From: Candidatus Korobacteraceae bacterium
Lineage (GTDB): Bacteria; Acidobacteriota; Terriglobia; Terriglobales; Acidobacteriaceae
Direction of reading: 5' to 3'
DNA length: 56,606 bases
Assembly: GCA_049519235.1 (NCBI GenBank)
Contig: JBEKQY010000004.1
Span: 1 to 56,606, forward strand
The notes beneath the pieces are model-generated. The model had not been told where the DNA came from. It searched no databases and was given only the letters and a program-made list of their open reading frames with translations. Positions 17,775-26,208 of this stretch are shown here, piece by piece (position 1 is the first letter of the stretch; each line of letters starts with the position of its first letter). The position numbers and the translations under genes are program-made.

Positions 17775-18044
17775 ATGAAAGTTGCTCGTTCCATCTTCTA
17801 TTGCCTGTTCGTTTCACTGCTGTGGCTACGCGCGGCCACCTGGCTTGACCGCCTCACCCACGATGCCAAGGTTGCCCTGCTGTTGTGCGGAACGCTGGCC
17901 TGGTTTGCATTCCTCGCGCTGCGGCAAGCGATGAAGCTGTTGTCGCGCCACAGCCGCAGGGCCAACGTACTGCGCCGGCTGCGCGGGTTCAGCGAGCAAG
18001 CGGCCGCGCTGCGGCGGCTGCGCGCAGCCTGCGAACGCGGCTGA
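17775..18044 (+). CDS. small hypothetical membrane protein, 89 aa
   Basis: ATG preceded by GAAGGAGAAG. Two hydrophobic segments followed by an Arg-rich tail. No homology recognised. Confidence 0.4.
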   Translation: MKVARSIFYCLFVSLLWLRAATWLDRLTHDAKVALLLCGTLAWFAFLALRQAMKLLSRHSRRANVLRRLRGFSEQAAALRRLRAACERG

Positions 18045-18261
18045 GGCGCCGGCGGGCTGCGGTGCAGGACCATGTCACCCAGGTCTTACACACGCGGAGC
18101 GTGAGCACGTGGAGCTGGCCCAGCGAAACGATGAGCGAATCACGCCACGGATGCGTTCTGGCCGTGCGCTACAGGTCGCGACGAAGGGGAGTGCCTGGGT
18201 TAGGAGTAGTGATTTGGACAAGTGCCAAATGCTAAGTGCCAACGGCTAATTGCTGTAGTGA

Positions 18262-18342
18262 AGAGCAGTTAAAGCGGTGAAGTTGCTCCTCACTCTTCAA
18301 AACTACATCGCCGCCACAACCTATGACCGAAAGGGGGTCAAT
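18262..18342 (+). promoter_or_regulatory. conserved ~80-nt leader module, copy 1 (hairpin 18263-18288, conserved ATCGCCGCCACAACCTATGACC box, then SD)
   Basis: Aligns with 18843-18922 and 20220-20299. It is the most divergent of the three copies. Confidence 0.6.
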
Positions 18343-18813
18343 ATGAAACAAGTAGCTCTGCTCGCTACCATCGTCCTGGCTCTGGCGATGTCTGCCAGCG
18401 CCCAAGACAAGATAACCTTTTCCAACCTCAAGTGCTATCCCATACCAAACGACAAGTCGAGCTATAAGGTTGTCGATAGCAAATGCGATATCAAACAGCT
18501 CGACGACGGCTACAGCATCAACTACACGTACACAATTACAGCAAACGAAGCAGGCACATTCATCAGCACAGGCTGGAGATCCGCGGCGAGCTTTTCGGTA
18601 CAAGGCGACCCAGATGTGCTGCCTGACTTCGCCGTCAGGATTTACGGCAGTACGAGCCTAAAAATGTCGGACCTTGCAATCTCCGACGGCACGGAATACG
18701 TACTTGGGATGCAATGCGGAGTGCTCTTGGCTCCAGATAAGGTGGGCGGCACGCTCGAAACCCTCTCCGCGACCTACAAAATAACCTTGGTGCCGGTTCG
18801 GCCACAACAATAG
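18343..18813 (+). CDS. secreted hypothetical protein, 156 aa
   Basis: ATG 18343 follows AAGGGGG. Signal peptide 'MKQVALLATIVLALAMSASAQ'. The ORF-track start (GTG 18277) would translate through the conserved leader, so I prefer 18343. Confidence 0.6.
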   Translation: MKQVALLATIVLALAMSASAQDKITFSNLKCYPIPNDKSSYKVVDSKCDIKQLDDGYSINYTYTITANEAGTFISTGWRSAASFSVQGDPDVLPDFAVRIYGSTSLKMSDLAISDGTEYVLGMQCGVLLAPDKVGGTLETLSATYKITLVPVRPQQ

Positions 18814-18842
18814 AACAGACGGCCGACAAGGTACGGGTAAAA

Positions 18843-18922
18843 CGAGCAGCTAACGCGGTGAAGTTGCTCCTCACTACTCAAGACTAATCGCCGCCACAAC
18901 CTATGACCACAAGGAGGTCACT
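18843..18922 (+). promoter_or_regulatory. conserved ~80-nt leader module, copy 2 (hairpin 18844-18869)
   Basis: GAGCAGC-TAACGCGGTGAA-GTTGCTC hairpin, then CTCAC..TCAAGACTAATCGCCGCCACAACCTATGACCACAAGGAGGTCACT-ATG. Confidence 0.65.
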
Positions 18923-20185
18923 ATGAAAAGCAAAGTGATGCTATCTCTGTTTGCCGCAACCATCCTATTGTCCATCTGCACGCCGGCCGCATTCGGACAG
19001 GAATGCTTTAGGGATTGGCAGGGTCTTCCTCCCGGTGCAGGGGTTACGTTTTCCCAGATTACCTATTACTTCGACGGCACCGATGGTCAACCGTCAGGCA
19101 CCGGGCAGATCGATGTCAATATTTCCCAACTGGTAGCTTACACCGGAATGAACAGCGGTTATCTTAACGTGGTGGACGATGCTGGATGGGTTGTAGCGAA
19201 CCTACCGGTGCTGCCAGGCTTTCCGCTGAACGACATGTCCACCACCTTCACCTTGGACGTTAGTCGCGGAACTCTAGTCACCGACCTGCCGGCATACGTC
19301 TGCTACGGTCCGGACGCTCTTTCCCAAGCTCCGAGGTACAACAATCCCCTCTCCTACAGCGACTTCGCGGTAAATGCGATCGGGTTCGCTGCCGACCTGA
19401 CTTCCGAACCATCGCCTCCTTCCGTAGGTTTCACCTTTCCCGGAGGGCCGACCTACTTCTCATGTCAGGCCAACCATCAGAACGTGCAGGCGGCGAATAA
19501 CCAGTGTGCTCCAGCGGCGGTCGCCAACAACTTTCAATGGTTGAAAGATACTTACGGCATCGCCATTCCGGATATGAACATCCCCGGCCTGCGCGATGCC
19601 CAGAATCTCAACTCCATAGTGGGTCACCTGGACATGGACATGTGGTCCTGCGATCAGCCGGCGGGCCGCTGGGCGAACCTGGTGAACGGTGCGCAGAGTG
19701 GCCGCCTACAGGGACACGGAATAGCTCCGTATTTCCAACTGGCAGGCGCCCTGCAGTACCTCAACGACAACAACATTCAACTAAATCTCAAACATCAGGG
19801 GCTGTCATCCGGGTGTCTTGGGTTCGGCTTCAGTGGTGCGATCAATTATGGGCTGGGAAATCAGACTTCTATAGGTCAAGGCACAATCGTCCAACCCAGC
19901 TTCATCTACAACGAGATCGCTGCCGGCAGGGCTGTCGAGTGGGGCTGGCAGTCTTCATCCTCAGGTCACGCCGAGGATGTGATTTGCGCTGGAATGATTC
20001 TTGGCGTGCCGTTTGTTGCCCGCGTCTCCGATCACCTGCAAACCGATCATGATCCTGGCGACAATCAAGGCACCGGCTTCGTTGACTTCAGCTTGCTGTC
20101 CCAACCGACTGGTCAGCAGCCGATTCTGGTGGGTGGCATCGGCAGCGGTGCAACCGTAGTCTCGGTTATCACTCAAGGGCCGTGA
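18923..20185 (+). CDS. secreted hypothetical protein, 420 aa; possibly a papain-like cysteine peptidase fold
   Basis: Signal peptide 'MKSKVMLSLFAATILLSICTPAAFGQ'. 'NNQCAPAAVANNFQWL' (Gln then Cys) plus the later 'SSGHAEDVICAG' resemble a Q/C/H peptidase arrangement. The peptidase call is weak. Confidence 0.6.
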   Translation: MKSKVMLSLFAATILLSICTPAAFGQECFRDWQGLPPGAGVTFSQITYYFDGTDGQPSGTGQIDVNISQLVAYTGMNSGYLNVVDDAGWVVANLPVLPGFPLNDMSTTFTLDVSRGTLVTDLPAYVCYGPDALSQAPRYNNPLSYSDFAVNAIGFAADLTSEPSPPSVGFTFPGGPTYFSCQANHQNVQAANNQCAPAAVANNFQWLKDTYGIAIPDMNIPGLRDAQNLNSIVGHLDMDMWSCDQPAGRWANLVNGAQSGRLQGHGIAPYFQLAGALQYLNDNNIQLNLKHQGLSSGCLGFGFSGAINYGLGNQTSIGQGTIVQPSFIYNEIAAGRAVEWGWQSSSSGHAEDVICAGMILGVPFVARVSDHLQTDHDPGDNQGTGFVDFSLLSQPTGQQPILVGGIGSGATVVSVITQGP

Positions 20186-20219
20186 GGGGCAGCGTCATCC
20201 GTGATGCTCTCTATGGTGA

Positions 20220-20299
20220 GGAGCAGCTAACGCGGTGAAGTTGCTCCTCACCATTCAAGACTAATCGCCGCCACAACCTATGACCAAAAGGAGGTCACT
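20220..20299 (+). promoter_or_regulatory. conserved ~80-nt leader module, copy 3 (hairpin 20220-20247, 8-bp stem, 12-nt loop)
   Basis: Differs from copy 2 at about 4 positions by my count. Ends in AAAGGAGGTCACT-ATG. Confidence 0.65.
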
Positions 20300-20620
20300 A
20301 TGACAACGAACATTACACGATACTCAAGGCCGGTCGTAAGCCTTGTTCTCCTACTGGCATGTTCCCTTGCTCTGCAAGCGGCGGCACCTGCGGGCTGGAT
20401 CTTAAATCAGACGAAACCGGGAACATATGAAGCCGGCACTGATCCGCAAGCCGCGTACAACGGTCATCCCAGCGCTTACCTGAAGTGCACGAAGCCCGCT
20501 GCTGGCGAAATCGCTAATCTCATGCAGCGCGTTCGCGCCGACAAGTATGCAGGCAAGCGCGTGCGCCTCAGCGCCTTTGTAAAGTCGGCGACTCTCGAGA
20601 TCGCGCCTGGATTATGTTAG
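20300..20620 (+). pseudogene. 5' fragment of a secreted-protein gene (106 codons), apparently truncated
   Basis: Signal peptide 'VVSLVLLLACSLALQAAAP'. The motif run '..YNGHPSAYLKC......NLMQRVRADKYAGKRVRLSAFVKS' stops abruptly. I remember homologues of this type continuing for roughly another 70-100 aa (unverified). ~280 nt of non-coding sequence follows. Confidence 0.4.
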
Positions 20621-20902
20621 TGCCTTACCGGAGGCGCGTTTTCAGCAGAAGGGTGGAGGGCGTCAGCATTCTGGCGGTTGAGGCATCCTCCCTTTTCAAT
20701 ACGTTCGCGGGTCGGAGGGATACTTGCCGTTCTGGGGGCAAATACCGGACACACAACCAGAATTACGAGCGGCAACAACGAATGACAAGATTCTGTACGC
20801 GGTCGACCCGGCGAGGCGACTGGGGATACAATACCGCCTACTCGAGGGAATTCCGCATGCCCCGGCCTCTCTTGTGAGCCTCCGGTTGCAGGCAGTTGGT
20901 GA

Positions 20903-21676
20903 TTGTTCTTTTGTATGCCAAAAAGGATGGCAGGAATCGCGCCGCTAGCTTTCGTAGCTCTTCTAATCGCGCTGTGGCAATTGGGCGCGAGTCGCCAGAT
21001 TACGCCGATCGTGCCCGGCCCGTGGGCGGTGGTGAAAGGAATTATCGAGCTGATGCGCAAAGGGTTGCTGCTCAAATACGCAGTGGCATCGCTGTTTCGC
21101 GTTACCTGGGGTTTTCTTTTGGCAGCAGCTTTAGCCATTCCCTTCGGCCTGTTTCTCGGCTGGCGTCGCCGTTTCGCAATGGCGTTCAACCCCATACTCC
21201 AAGTCTTACGTCCCATCTCACCTTTGGCCTGGATTCCGATCGCTATTCTGTGGTTCGGCGTGGGCGATCTCTCGGCGATTTTCTTGATCTTTGTTGCTTC
21301 ATTTCTCCCGCTCGCGATGAGCGCAATGAATGCGGTGCGCAGCATAGACACCGTGCACCTTAATGCTGGCCGTAATTTCGGGCTTTCCGAGGCACAGGTT
21401 GTATATCGAGTCCTGTATCCAGCCGTCATGCCGCAACTGATTGTTGGCTTGCGCATTACGATGGGCATCGCATGGCTGGTGGTAGTGGCCGCGGAAATGA
21501 TCGCCGTGAATTCTGGGCTCGGTTTCTTGATCGTCGATGCTCGCAACGCAGGTAACCGGTATGATCTGGTCATCGCTGCGATGGTCCTTATCGGAGTGAT
21601 TGGGCTACTGCTTGATACTGCCATGCGAAGACTGGAAACCCTTCCGTCTGTTCGCTGGGGCTACAGGAGCAACTGA
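20903..21676 (+). CDS. ABC transporter permease, NitT/TauT (SsuC/TauC-like) family
   Basis: 'LRPISPLAWIPIAILWFG' and 'VVVAAEMIAVNSGLGFLI' are typical of this permease family. 6 TM segments. Confidence 0.85.
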   Translation: MFFCMPKRMAGIAPLAFVALLIALWQLGASRQITPIVPGPWAVVKGIIELMRKGLLLKYAVASLFRVTWGFLLAAALAIPFGLFLGWRRRFAMAFNPILQVLRPISPLAWIPIAILWFGVGDLSAIFLIFVASFLPLAMSAMNAVRSIDTVHLNAGRNFGLSEAQVVYRVLYPAVMPQLIVGLRITMGIAWLVVVAAEMIAVNSGLGFLIVDARNAGNRYDLVIAAMVLIGVIGLLLDTAMRRLETLPSVRWGYRSN

Positions 21677-22479
21677 TGCGGGAAATTGAATGGGCGCCAA
21701 GTGCGACGGGTACAAGTGTGACGGCTGCCAGGACGAAGTTGGAGATCGAAGCCGTGAGCATGGCGTTTCATGACAGTGGCAGGACGCTTCACGTGCTCGA
21801 AAATATTAGCCTGCGGATTCGTGAGGGGGAATTCGTCTGTCTTCTGGGACCCTCTGGATGCGGCAAAACAACCCTGCTGAACATTGTATGCGGATTCAGC
21901 GAACCAACCAAGGGTGGTGTTCGCATTGACGGCGAACCTGTCCATGGGCCCGATCCAAGGCGAATCTTTGTCTTCCAGGAATGTGGGGTTTTCCCCTGGC
22001 TCGACGTGGAGGCCAACATTGGATTCGGTTTATTCAATCTGAGCAAGAAGGAAAAACGACAGCGCATCGAACACTACGTTGGGTTAGTGGGACTGCGGGG
22101 TTTCGAGCGTGCCTACCCCATGGAGCTCTCAGGTGGCATGAAGCAGAGGCTGGAGGTGGCGCGGGCGCTGGCGGTAAACCCGGACATGCTCTTTCTAGAC
22201 GAACCGTTCGGGGCGCTCGATTCTATAACTCGGCTCATCATGCGTGGCGAGTTGTTGCGTATCTGGCAGGCCGAGCGCAAAACCATACTCTTTGTCACAC
22301 ACGATATTGAGGAGTCAGTTCAGCTCGCTGATCGGGTTGTGGTGCTGTCAGCCAGGCCTGCCCAGATTCGCCGCATCGTAGAAATTGATATCCCGCACCC
22401 ACGCGATATCACCTCAAGTCGCTATCTGCAACTGCGCGACGATCTTTTGCGGGAGATTGGACTGGCCCACAAGGTTTAG
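21676..22479 (+). CDS. ABC transporter ATP-binding protein (SsuB/TauB-like)
   Basis: Walker A 'GPSGCGKTT', signature 'LSGGMKQR', Walker B 'MLFLDEPF'. The start overlaps the upstream stop (ATGA-type junction at 21674-21678). Confidence 0.9.
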   Translation: MREIEWAPSATGTSVTAARTKLEIEAVSMAFHDSGRTLHVLENISLRIREGEFVCLLGPSGCGKTTLLNIVCGFSEPTKGGVRIDGEPVHGPDPRRIFVFQECGVFPWLDVEANIGFGLFNLSKKEKRQRIEHYVGLVGLRGFERAYPMELSGGMKQRLEVARALAVNPDMLFLDEPFGALDSITRLIMRGELLRIWQAERKTILFVTHDIEESVQLADRVVVLSARPAQIRRIVEIDIPHPRDITSSRYLQLRDDLLREIGLAHKV

Positions 22480-22486
22480 GAGCTCG

Positions 22487-23245
22487 ATGAAACGCTGGGA
22501 GCCCTATTTCTGGCCTCTTGGGGCGGCAGCCTTTGTTTTGGCGCTGTGGCAAGGAGGTGTGATGTGGAGCCACACCCTCATTTTTCCATCTCCCCTAAAT
22601 GTGTTGCACGGCATCGAGGAGTTGGCGCAAAAGGGTCTGCTATGGAGATCTGCCGGAGACTCCTTGTTCCGGGTGGGCACTGGATTCGTGATAGCGCTCG
22701 TGGTCGCGATTCCCCTCGGTGTGGTGCTGGGTTTCTATCGGACCGTGGCCGGCACAGTAAATCCTGTGATCCAGATGTTGCGCCCCATAAGTCCACTTGC
22801 CTGGATTCCGCTTGCTATAGTTTGGTTTGGTATAGGCAATATTGCCGCTATTTTCCTCATATTCTTGACCGCCTTCTTTCCGATGGTCGTGTCGACCATG
22901 AATGCAGTCCGTAATGTTCCCGGCATAGTTCTGCAGGCCGGGCGCAACTTTGGTCTGTCGCCATGGGCATTACTTGGACGGGTTGTTTTTCCCGCCGCCC
23001 TGCCGCGCATTCTGATTGGGCTTCGGATCTCACTGGGTGTTGCCTGGCTCGTAGTCGTCGCGGCCGAAATGATCGCAATCGATTCCGGCCTTGGCTATCT
23101 CGTAATCGATTCACGCAATGCAGGAAAGCGCTACGATCTGGTGGTCGCAGCCATGTTGCTGATCGGTCTGATTGGATTAGGTCTTGATACCGGAATCCGT
23201 TGCTCGAACAAACTCAAGTCCGTAAGCTGGGGGGCCTTGCCTTGA
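22487..23245 (+). CDS. second ABC transporter permease, NitT/TauT family
   Basis: Paralogue of 20903..21676 ('LRPISPLAWIPLAIVWFG', 'VVVAAEMIAIDSGLGYLV'). ATG 22487 (MKRWEPYF) is preferred over the ORF-track start at 22385, which overlaps the ATPase. Confidence 0.85.
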   Translation: MKRWEPYFWPLGAAAFVLALWQGGVMWSHTLIFPSPLNVLHGIEELAQKGLLWRSAGDSLFRVGTGFVIALVVAIPLGVVLGFYRTVAGTVNPVIQMLRPISPLAWIPLAIVWFGIGNIAAIFLIFLTAFFPMVVSTMNAVRNVPGIVLQAGRNFGLSPWALLGRVVFPAALPRILIGLRISLGVAWLVVVAAEMIAIDSGLGYLVIDSRNAGKRYDLVVAAMLLIGLIGLGLDTGIRCSNKLKSVSWGALP

Positions 23246-24300
23246 GTGTTGCGCAGCGAGTCCTGCTCGGCGTTTTCCTCTGGGTTGCCGTAGTGTCAGG
23301 GTTACACCTCTGGTTGAATGTCAATTGGTCCGTGCTCCTGAATGACCGGCTGCCAGAAAATGAGCGCAAGCTGTATGTGGCATATATCCCGGTTACCTGC
23401 CATTTGACGTGTCCGGTAACTGACTTTATTTCCCAGCGGTCGAAGTCTGGAAACCTGTACATTCCGAGGATGTTCCAGGGCTTCCCGGAGATCAAGGAGG
23501 CGTTGGTATCAAATAAGGTTCAAGCCGCCTTTTTGATAGCGCCCATGGCCATTGCCTTGCGGTCACAAGGGGTACCGATCAAAGTGGTTTACCTGGGCCA
23601 TCGTTACGGAAGCGCAGTGGTGGTGCGCAAGGACGGTCCAATAAGAACTCCTGCCGACCTACGTGGACGCATCATTGCCATTCCCAGCCGTTTCTCCGAT
23701 GAAAGGCTTATCGTCATCCGCGTGCTGCGGAAATATGGCATAAGAACAAGCGAAGTTAAGATGGTGGAAATTGCTCCTCCTGATGCCGCCGGGGCCTTGG
23801 CGGTGGGCGCTATCGACGCCTTTTCCATGGGCGAGCCCTATCCGTCGCAAGCGGAAATGGGCGGTTACGGGAGAGTGCTCTTCCAGGCACGCGATTATTG
23901 GCCGGATTACATCTCTTGCGTTCTGGTAGTACGCCAGGATGTGATTGACCAGCGACCGGAGGCGGTACAAGTACTGGTGGACGGGATCGCCCGCTCCGGG
24001 CTCTGGCTTGACCAGGGCCGGCCGCACCGGGAGGATGCGGCGGATTTCGTGGGCCGCCTTTACTTCCACCAGGATCCAAAGCTATTGCGGTGGGCGCTAA
24101 CCAATCCTCTGAATCGAGTTATGTATACGCCGCTGACGCCGTTCAAGCCTGACTTCGATCTGGTTCGCGATTTAATGCTCGAAACTGGCGTCCTCGACCG
24201 GTCTATCGAGTTCGCAGACTATGTGGATACCAGGTTTGCAGAAGGCGCAAAGATCCAGACCGCATGGTATTACGAACCTGGAGACCTAGAAGCGCACTGA
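23200..24300 (+). CDS. ABC transporter substrate-binding protein, NMT1/THI5 (SsuA/TauA-like) fold, membrane-anchored
   Basis: N-terminal anchor 'VLLGVFLWVAVVSGLHLWL' followed by a periplasmic-binding-protein-like body. Sits in the operon after the permeases. Start ambiguous: TTG 23200, or TTG 23242 overlapping the upstream TGA. Confidence 0.65.
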   Translation: MLEQTQVRKLGGLALSVAQRVLLGVFLWVAVVSGLHLWLNVNWSVLLNDRLPENERKLYVAYIPVTCHLTCPVTDFISQRSKSGNLYIPRMFQGFPEIKEALVSNKVQAAFLIAPMAIALRSQGVPIKVVYLGHRYGSAVVVRKDGPIRTPADLRGRIIAIPSRFSDERLIVIRVLRKYGIRTSEVKMVEIAPPDAAGALAVGAIDAFSMGEPYPSQAEMGGYGRVLFQARDYWPDYISCVLVVRQDVIDQRPEAVQVLVDGIARSGLWLDQGRPHREDAADFVGRLYFHQDPKLLRWALTNPLNRVMYTPLTPFKPDFDLVRDLMLETGVLDRSIEFADYVDTRFAEGAKIQTAWYYEPGDLEAH

Positions 24301-24404
24301 GTGAAGCTGCGCCGCCAGTAATCTGGCGAGCTAATGAGATCTCATCTTGGCTTCATAACTGCGGCACGCGCCCTGCCGTAATCTTGCTTGCTGTAGAGAC
24401 GCCT

Positions 24405-25523
24405 ATGAGACTGGCCTGGCGAAATCTAAAATATGATCGCCTTCGCTTCGCGGCGACAATTCTTGGCATTGCCTTCGCCACATTCCTGATGGTTTTTCAG
24501 GGCGACCTGTTCATGGGGTTTCTCCATTCCGCCTCCAATGTCATCGACGCGGCGGATGCCGATCTATGGATTGTCCCGCGGAGAGTGAGTTGTTTCCAAT
24601 ATGGCGCGCCCATGCCAAAGCGATTTCGGGATCTTGCCTTTGGGGTGCCGGGAGTGCAATCCGTGGCGCGGGTGCTTTCCGGCTGGGTGCCGTATCAGAC
24701 GCCCTCAGGTTCGCAACGGATCGTTTTCGTGATCGGCGGAGATAGCGATATGGGTGCAAGAGTCCCCTTGCCTTACCTGCAAGGCAATTCCGGTCCGCTG
24801 TTGCGGGAAAACCTCGTGATCGACAAGAGCAATTTGCAGATCCTGGAGATCACCTCGTTGCCGGTGCAGGTGGAGGTGAATGGCTCCCGGGCGTCTGTGG
24901 TGCGAGTAACCGACGGTTTTGGTTCTTTTGTCGGAGCGCCTTTTGTTTTCACCAGCTATTTCGATGCCGAGCGGTATCTGGAGATCGCTCCCGAGTACAC
25001 TATGTTCCTCCTGGTGTCGGTCTCCCCGGGAGCAGATATTCATCGGGTACAACAAGAGCTACAGGAAAGGCTTCCGGAAGCGGATGTGCTCACCAAGCGG
25101 CAGTTCTCCAACCACGCGCGATTCTTCTGGGCGATCGAGACCGGCGCCGGTGGCGCGCTGCTGATCGCTGCGCTTCTGGGCTTTCTGGTGGGACTTGTTG
25201 TGGTGTCACAAAATATCTATGCCACCACAATCGAAGGTTTGGATGAATTTGCGACCCTGAAAGCAATGGGTGCTTCGCGACGATATATCCAGGGCGTGGT
25301 ACTCAATCAGGCCATAATCAGTGGATTGATAGGATCGTTTCTGGGATTAGCTATGACCTTTCCCATTGTAAAGGTATCGCGGAGTATAGTTTCATGGGTT
25401 GAGACCCCATGGTGGATTCCAGTCGTCATGATTGCCGTTAGTCTGGCGATGTGCGCGCTGGCGTCCTTGATATCGATAAGAAAGGCTGTTTCGGTAGAAC
25501 CGGCCAGGGTGTTCCGTGAGTAA
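24405..25523 (+). CDS. FtsX/MacB-type (DevC-like) ABC exporter permease
   Basis: 'MRLAWRNLKYDRLRF' is the classic N-terminus. Large periplasmic loop, 'FATLKAMGASRRYI', and 3 C-terminal TM segments. ATG 24405 is preferred over the ORF-track start at 24264. Confidence 0.8.
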   Translation: MRLAWRNLKYDRLRFAATILGIAFATFLMVFQGDLFMGFLHSASNVIDAADADLWIVPRRVSCFQYGAPMPKRFRDLAFGVPGVQSVARVLSGWVPYQTPSGSQRIVFVIGGDSDMGARVPLPYLQGNSGPLLRENLVIDKSNLQILEITSLPVQVEVNGSRASVVRVTDGFGSFVGAPFVFTSYFDAERYLEIAPEYTMFLLVSVSPGADIHRVQQELQERLPEADVLTKRQFSNHARFFWAIETGAGGALLIAALLGFLVGLVVVSQNIYATTIEGLDEFATLKAMGASRRYIQGVVLNQAIISGLIGSFLGLAMTFPIVKVSRSIVSWVETPWWIPVVMIAVSLAMCALASLISIRKAVSVEPARVFRE

Positions 25524-26208
25524 TCCACATCTCGCCGTCAAAGACATTTCTGTGAGTTATGGCTCAGGCCGCGCGAGATTGCGAGCCCTAAATGCAGTAT
25601 CGCTTAGCCTTACGCCCGGCTGCCTGACTCTGGTCACGGGACCGTCTGGTAGCGGGAAGACGACGCTGCTGTCCGTGCTGGGCTGCCTGTTGTCGCCGGA
25701 GAGCGGGGATGTCTGGGTCATGGAGCGGCTGACCACCAACCTCAACGAAGCAGAGAAGACGGCCCTGCGGAGGCAATCAATTGGCTTCATCTTCCAGGCA
25801 TTCCGACTATTCAGGTCGCTCTCGGCACTGGAGAATGTGAGCCTGGCTCTGGAAGTCGCGGGCCGCCGTGGTGCTCCGTCCGAAGCGCTCGCAGCTAGCA
25901 TGCTCGACGAGATTGGACTGTCTGACAAGGCCCACCTGAAGCCAGTGGAATTGAGCGGGGGCGAAAAGCAGCGGGTAGCAATTGCTCGTGCCCTGGTGGG
26001 TGGTCCCTCAATCCTGCTTGCCGATGAGCCTACGGCTGCACTTGACAGTGCATCAGGCTCGCAGGTCATGGAAATACTGAAGCGGATAGCGAAAAAAGAA
26101 AACCGTACCGTCGTGGTCGTAAGTCATGATATGAGATGGCTACCACTGAGCGACAGAAGCATATCCTTACAGGATGGCCGGGTGACCGGCAATAGCGAGT
26201 TACAGTGA
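25516..26208 (+). CDS. ABC exporter ATP-binding protein (MacB/LolD/DevA-like)
   Basis: 'GPSGSGKTT', 'LSGGEKQRVAIARAL', 'ILLADEPT'. GTG 25516 overlaps the permease stop. Confidence 0.9.
   Translation: MSNPHLAVKDISVSYGSGRARLRALNAVSLSLTPGCLTLVTGPSGSGKTTLLSVLGCLLSPESGDVWVMERLTTNLNEAEKTALRRQSIGFIFQAFRLFRSLSALENVSLALEVAGRRGAPSEALAASMLDEIGLSDKAHLKPVELSGGEKQRVAIARALVGGPSILLADEPTAALDSASGSQVMEILKRIAKKENRTVVVVSHDMRWLPLSDRSISLQDGRVTGNSELQ

Noticed and set aside
18262-20299. Integron attC sites / gene-cassette array as the explanation for the three inter-ORF repeats
   Set aside because: The element lacks RYYYAAC...GTTRRRY terminal cores and the extended imperfect palindrome of attC. It ends in a Shine-Dalgarno directly before each ATG, and no integron integrase or attI is nearby.
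20621-20902. Riboswitch (SAM-I, TPP, cobalamin or Moco) upstream of the NitT/TauT importer
   Set aside because: There are superficial matches only (e.g. AGAAGGGTGGAGGGCG versus the SAM-I GGTGGAGGGA segment; GAGCCTCCGG). The other conserved boxes (CTGAGA for TPP, the B12 box, the SAM-I GCAACC/P4 elements in register) are absent by eye. An Rfam scan would settle it.
20617-21624. 335-aa minus-strand ORF overlapping the first NitT/TauT permease
   Set aside because: The plus strand encodes a typical ABC permease with a paralogue downstream. The antisense product is Arg/Ser/Pro-rich with no motifs.
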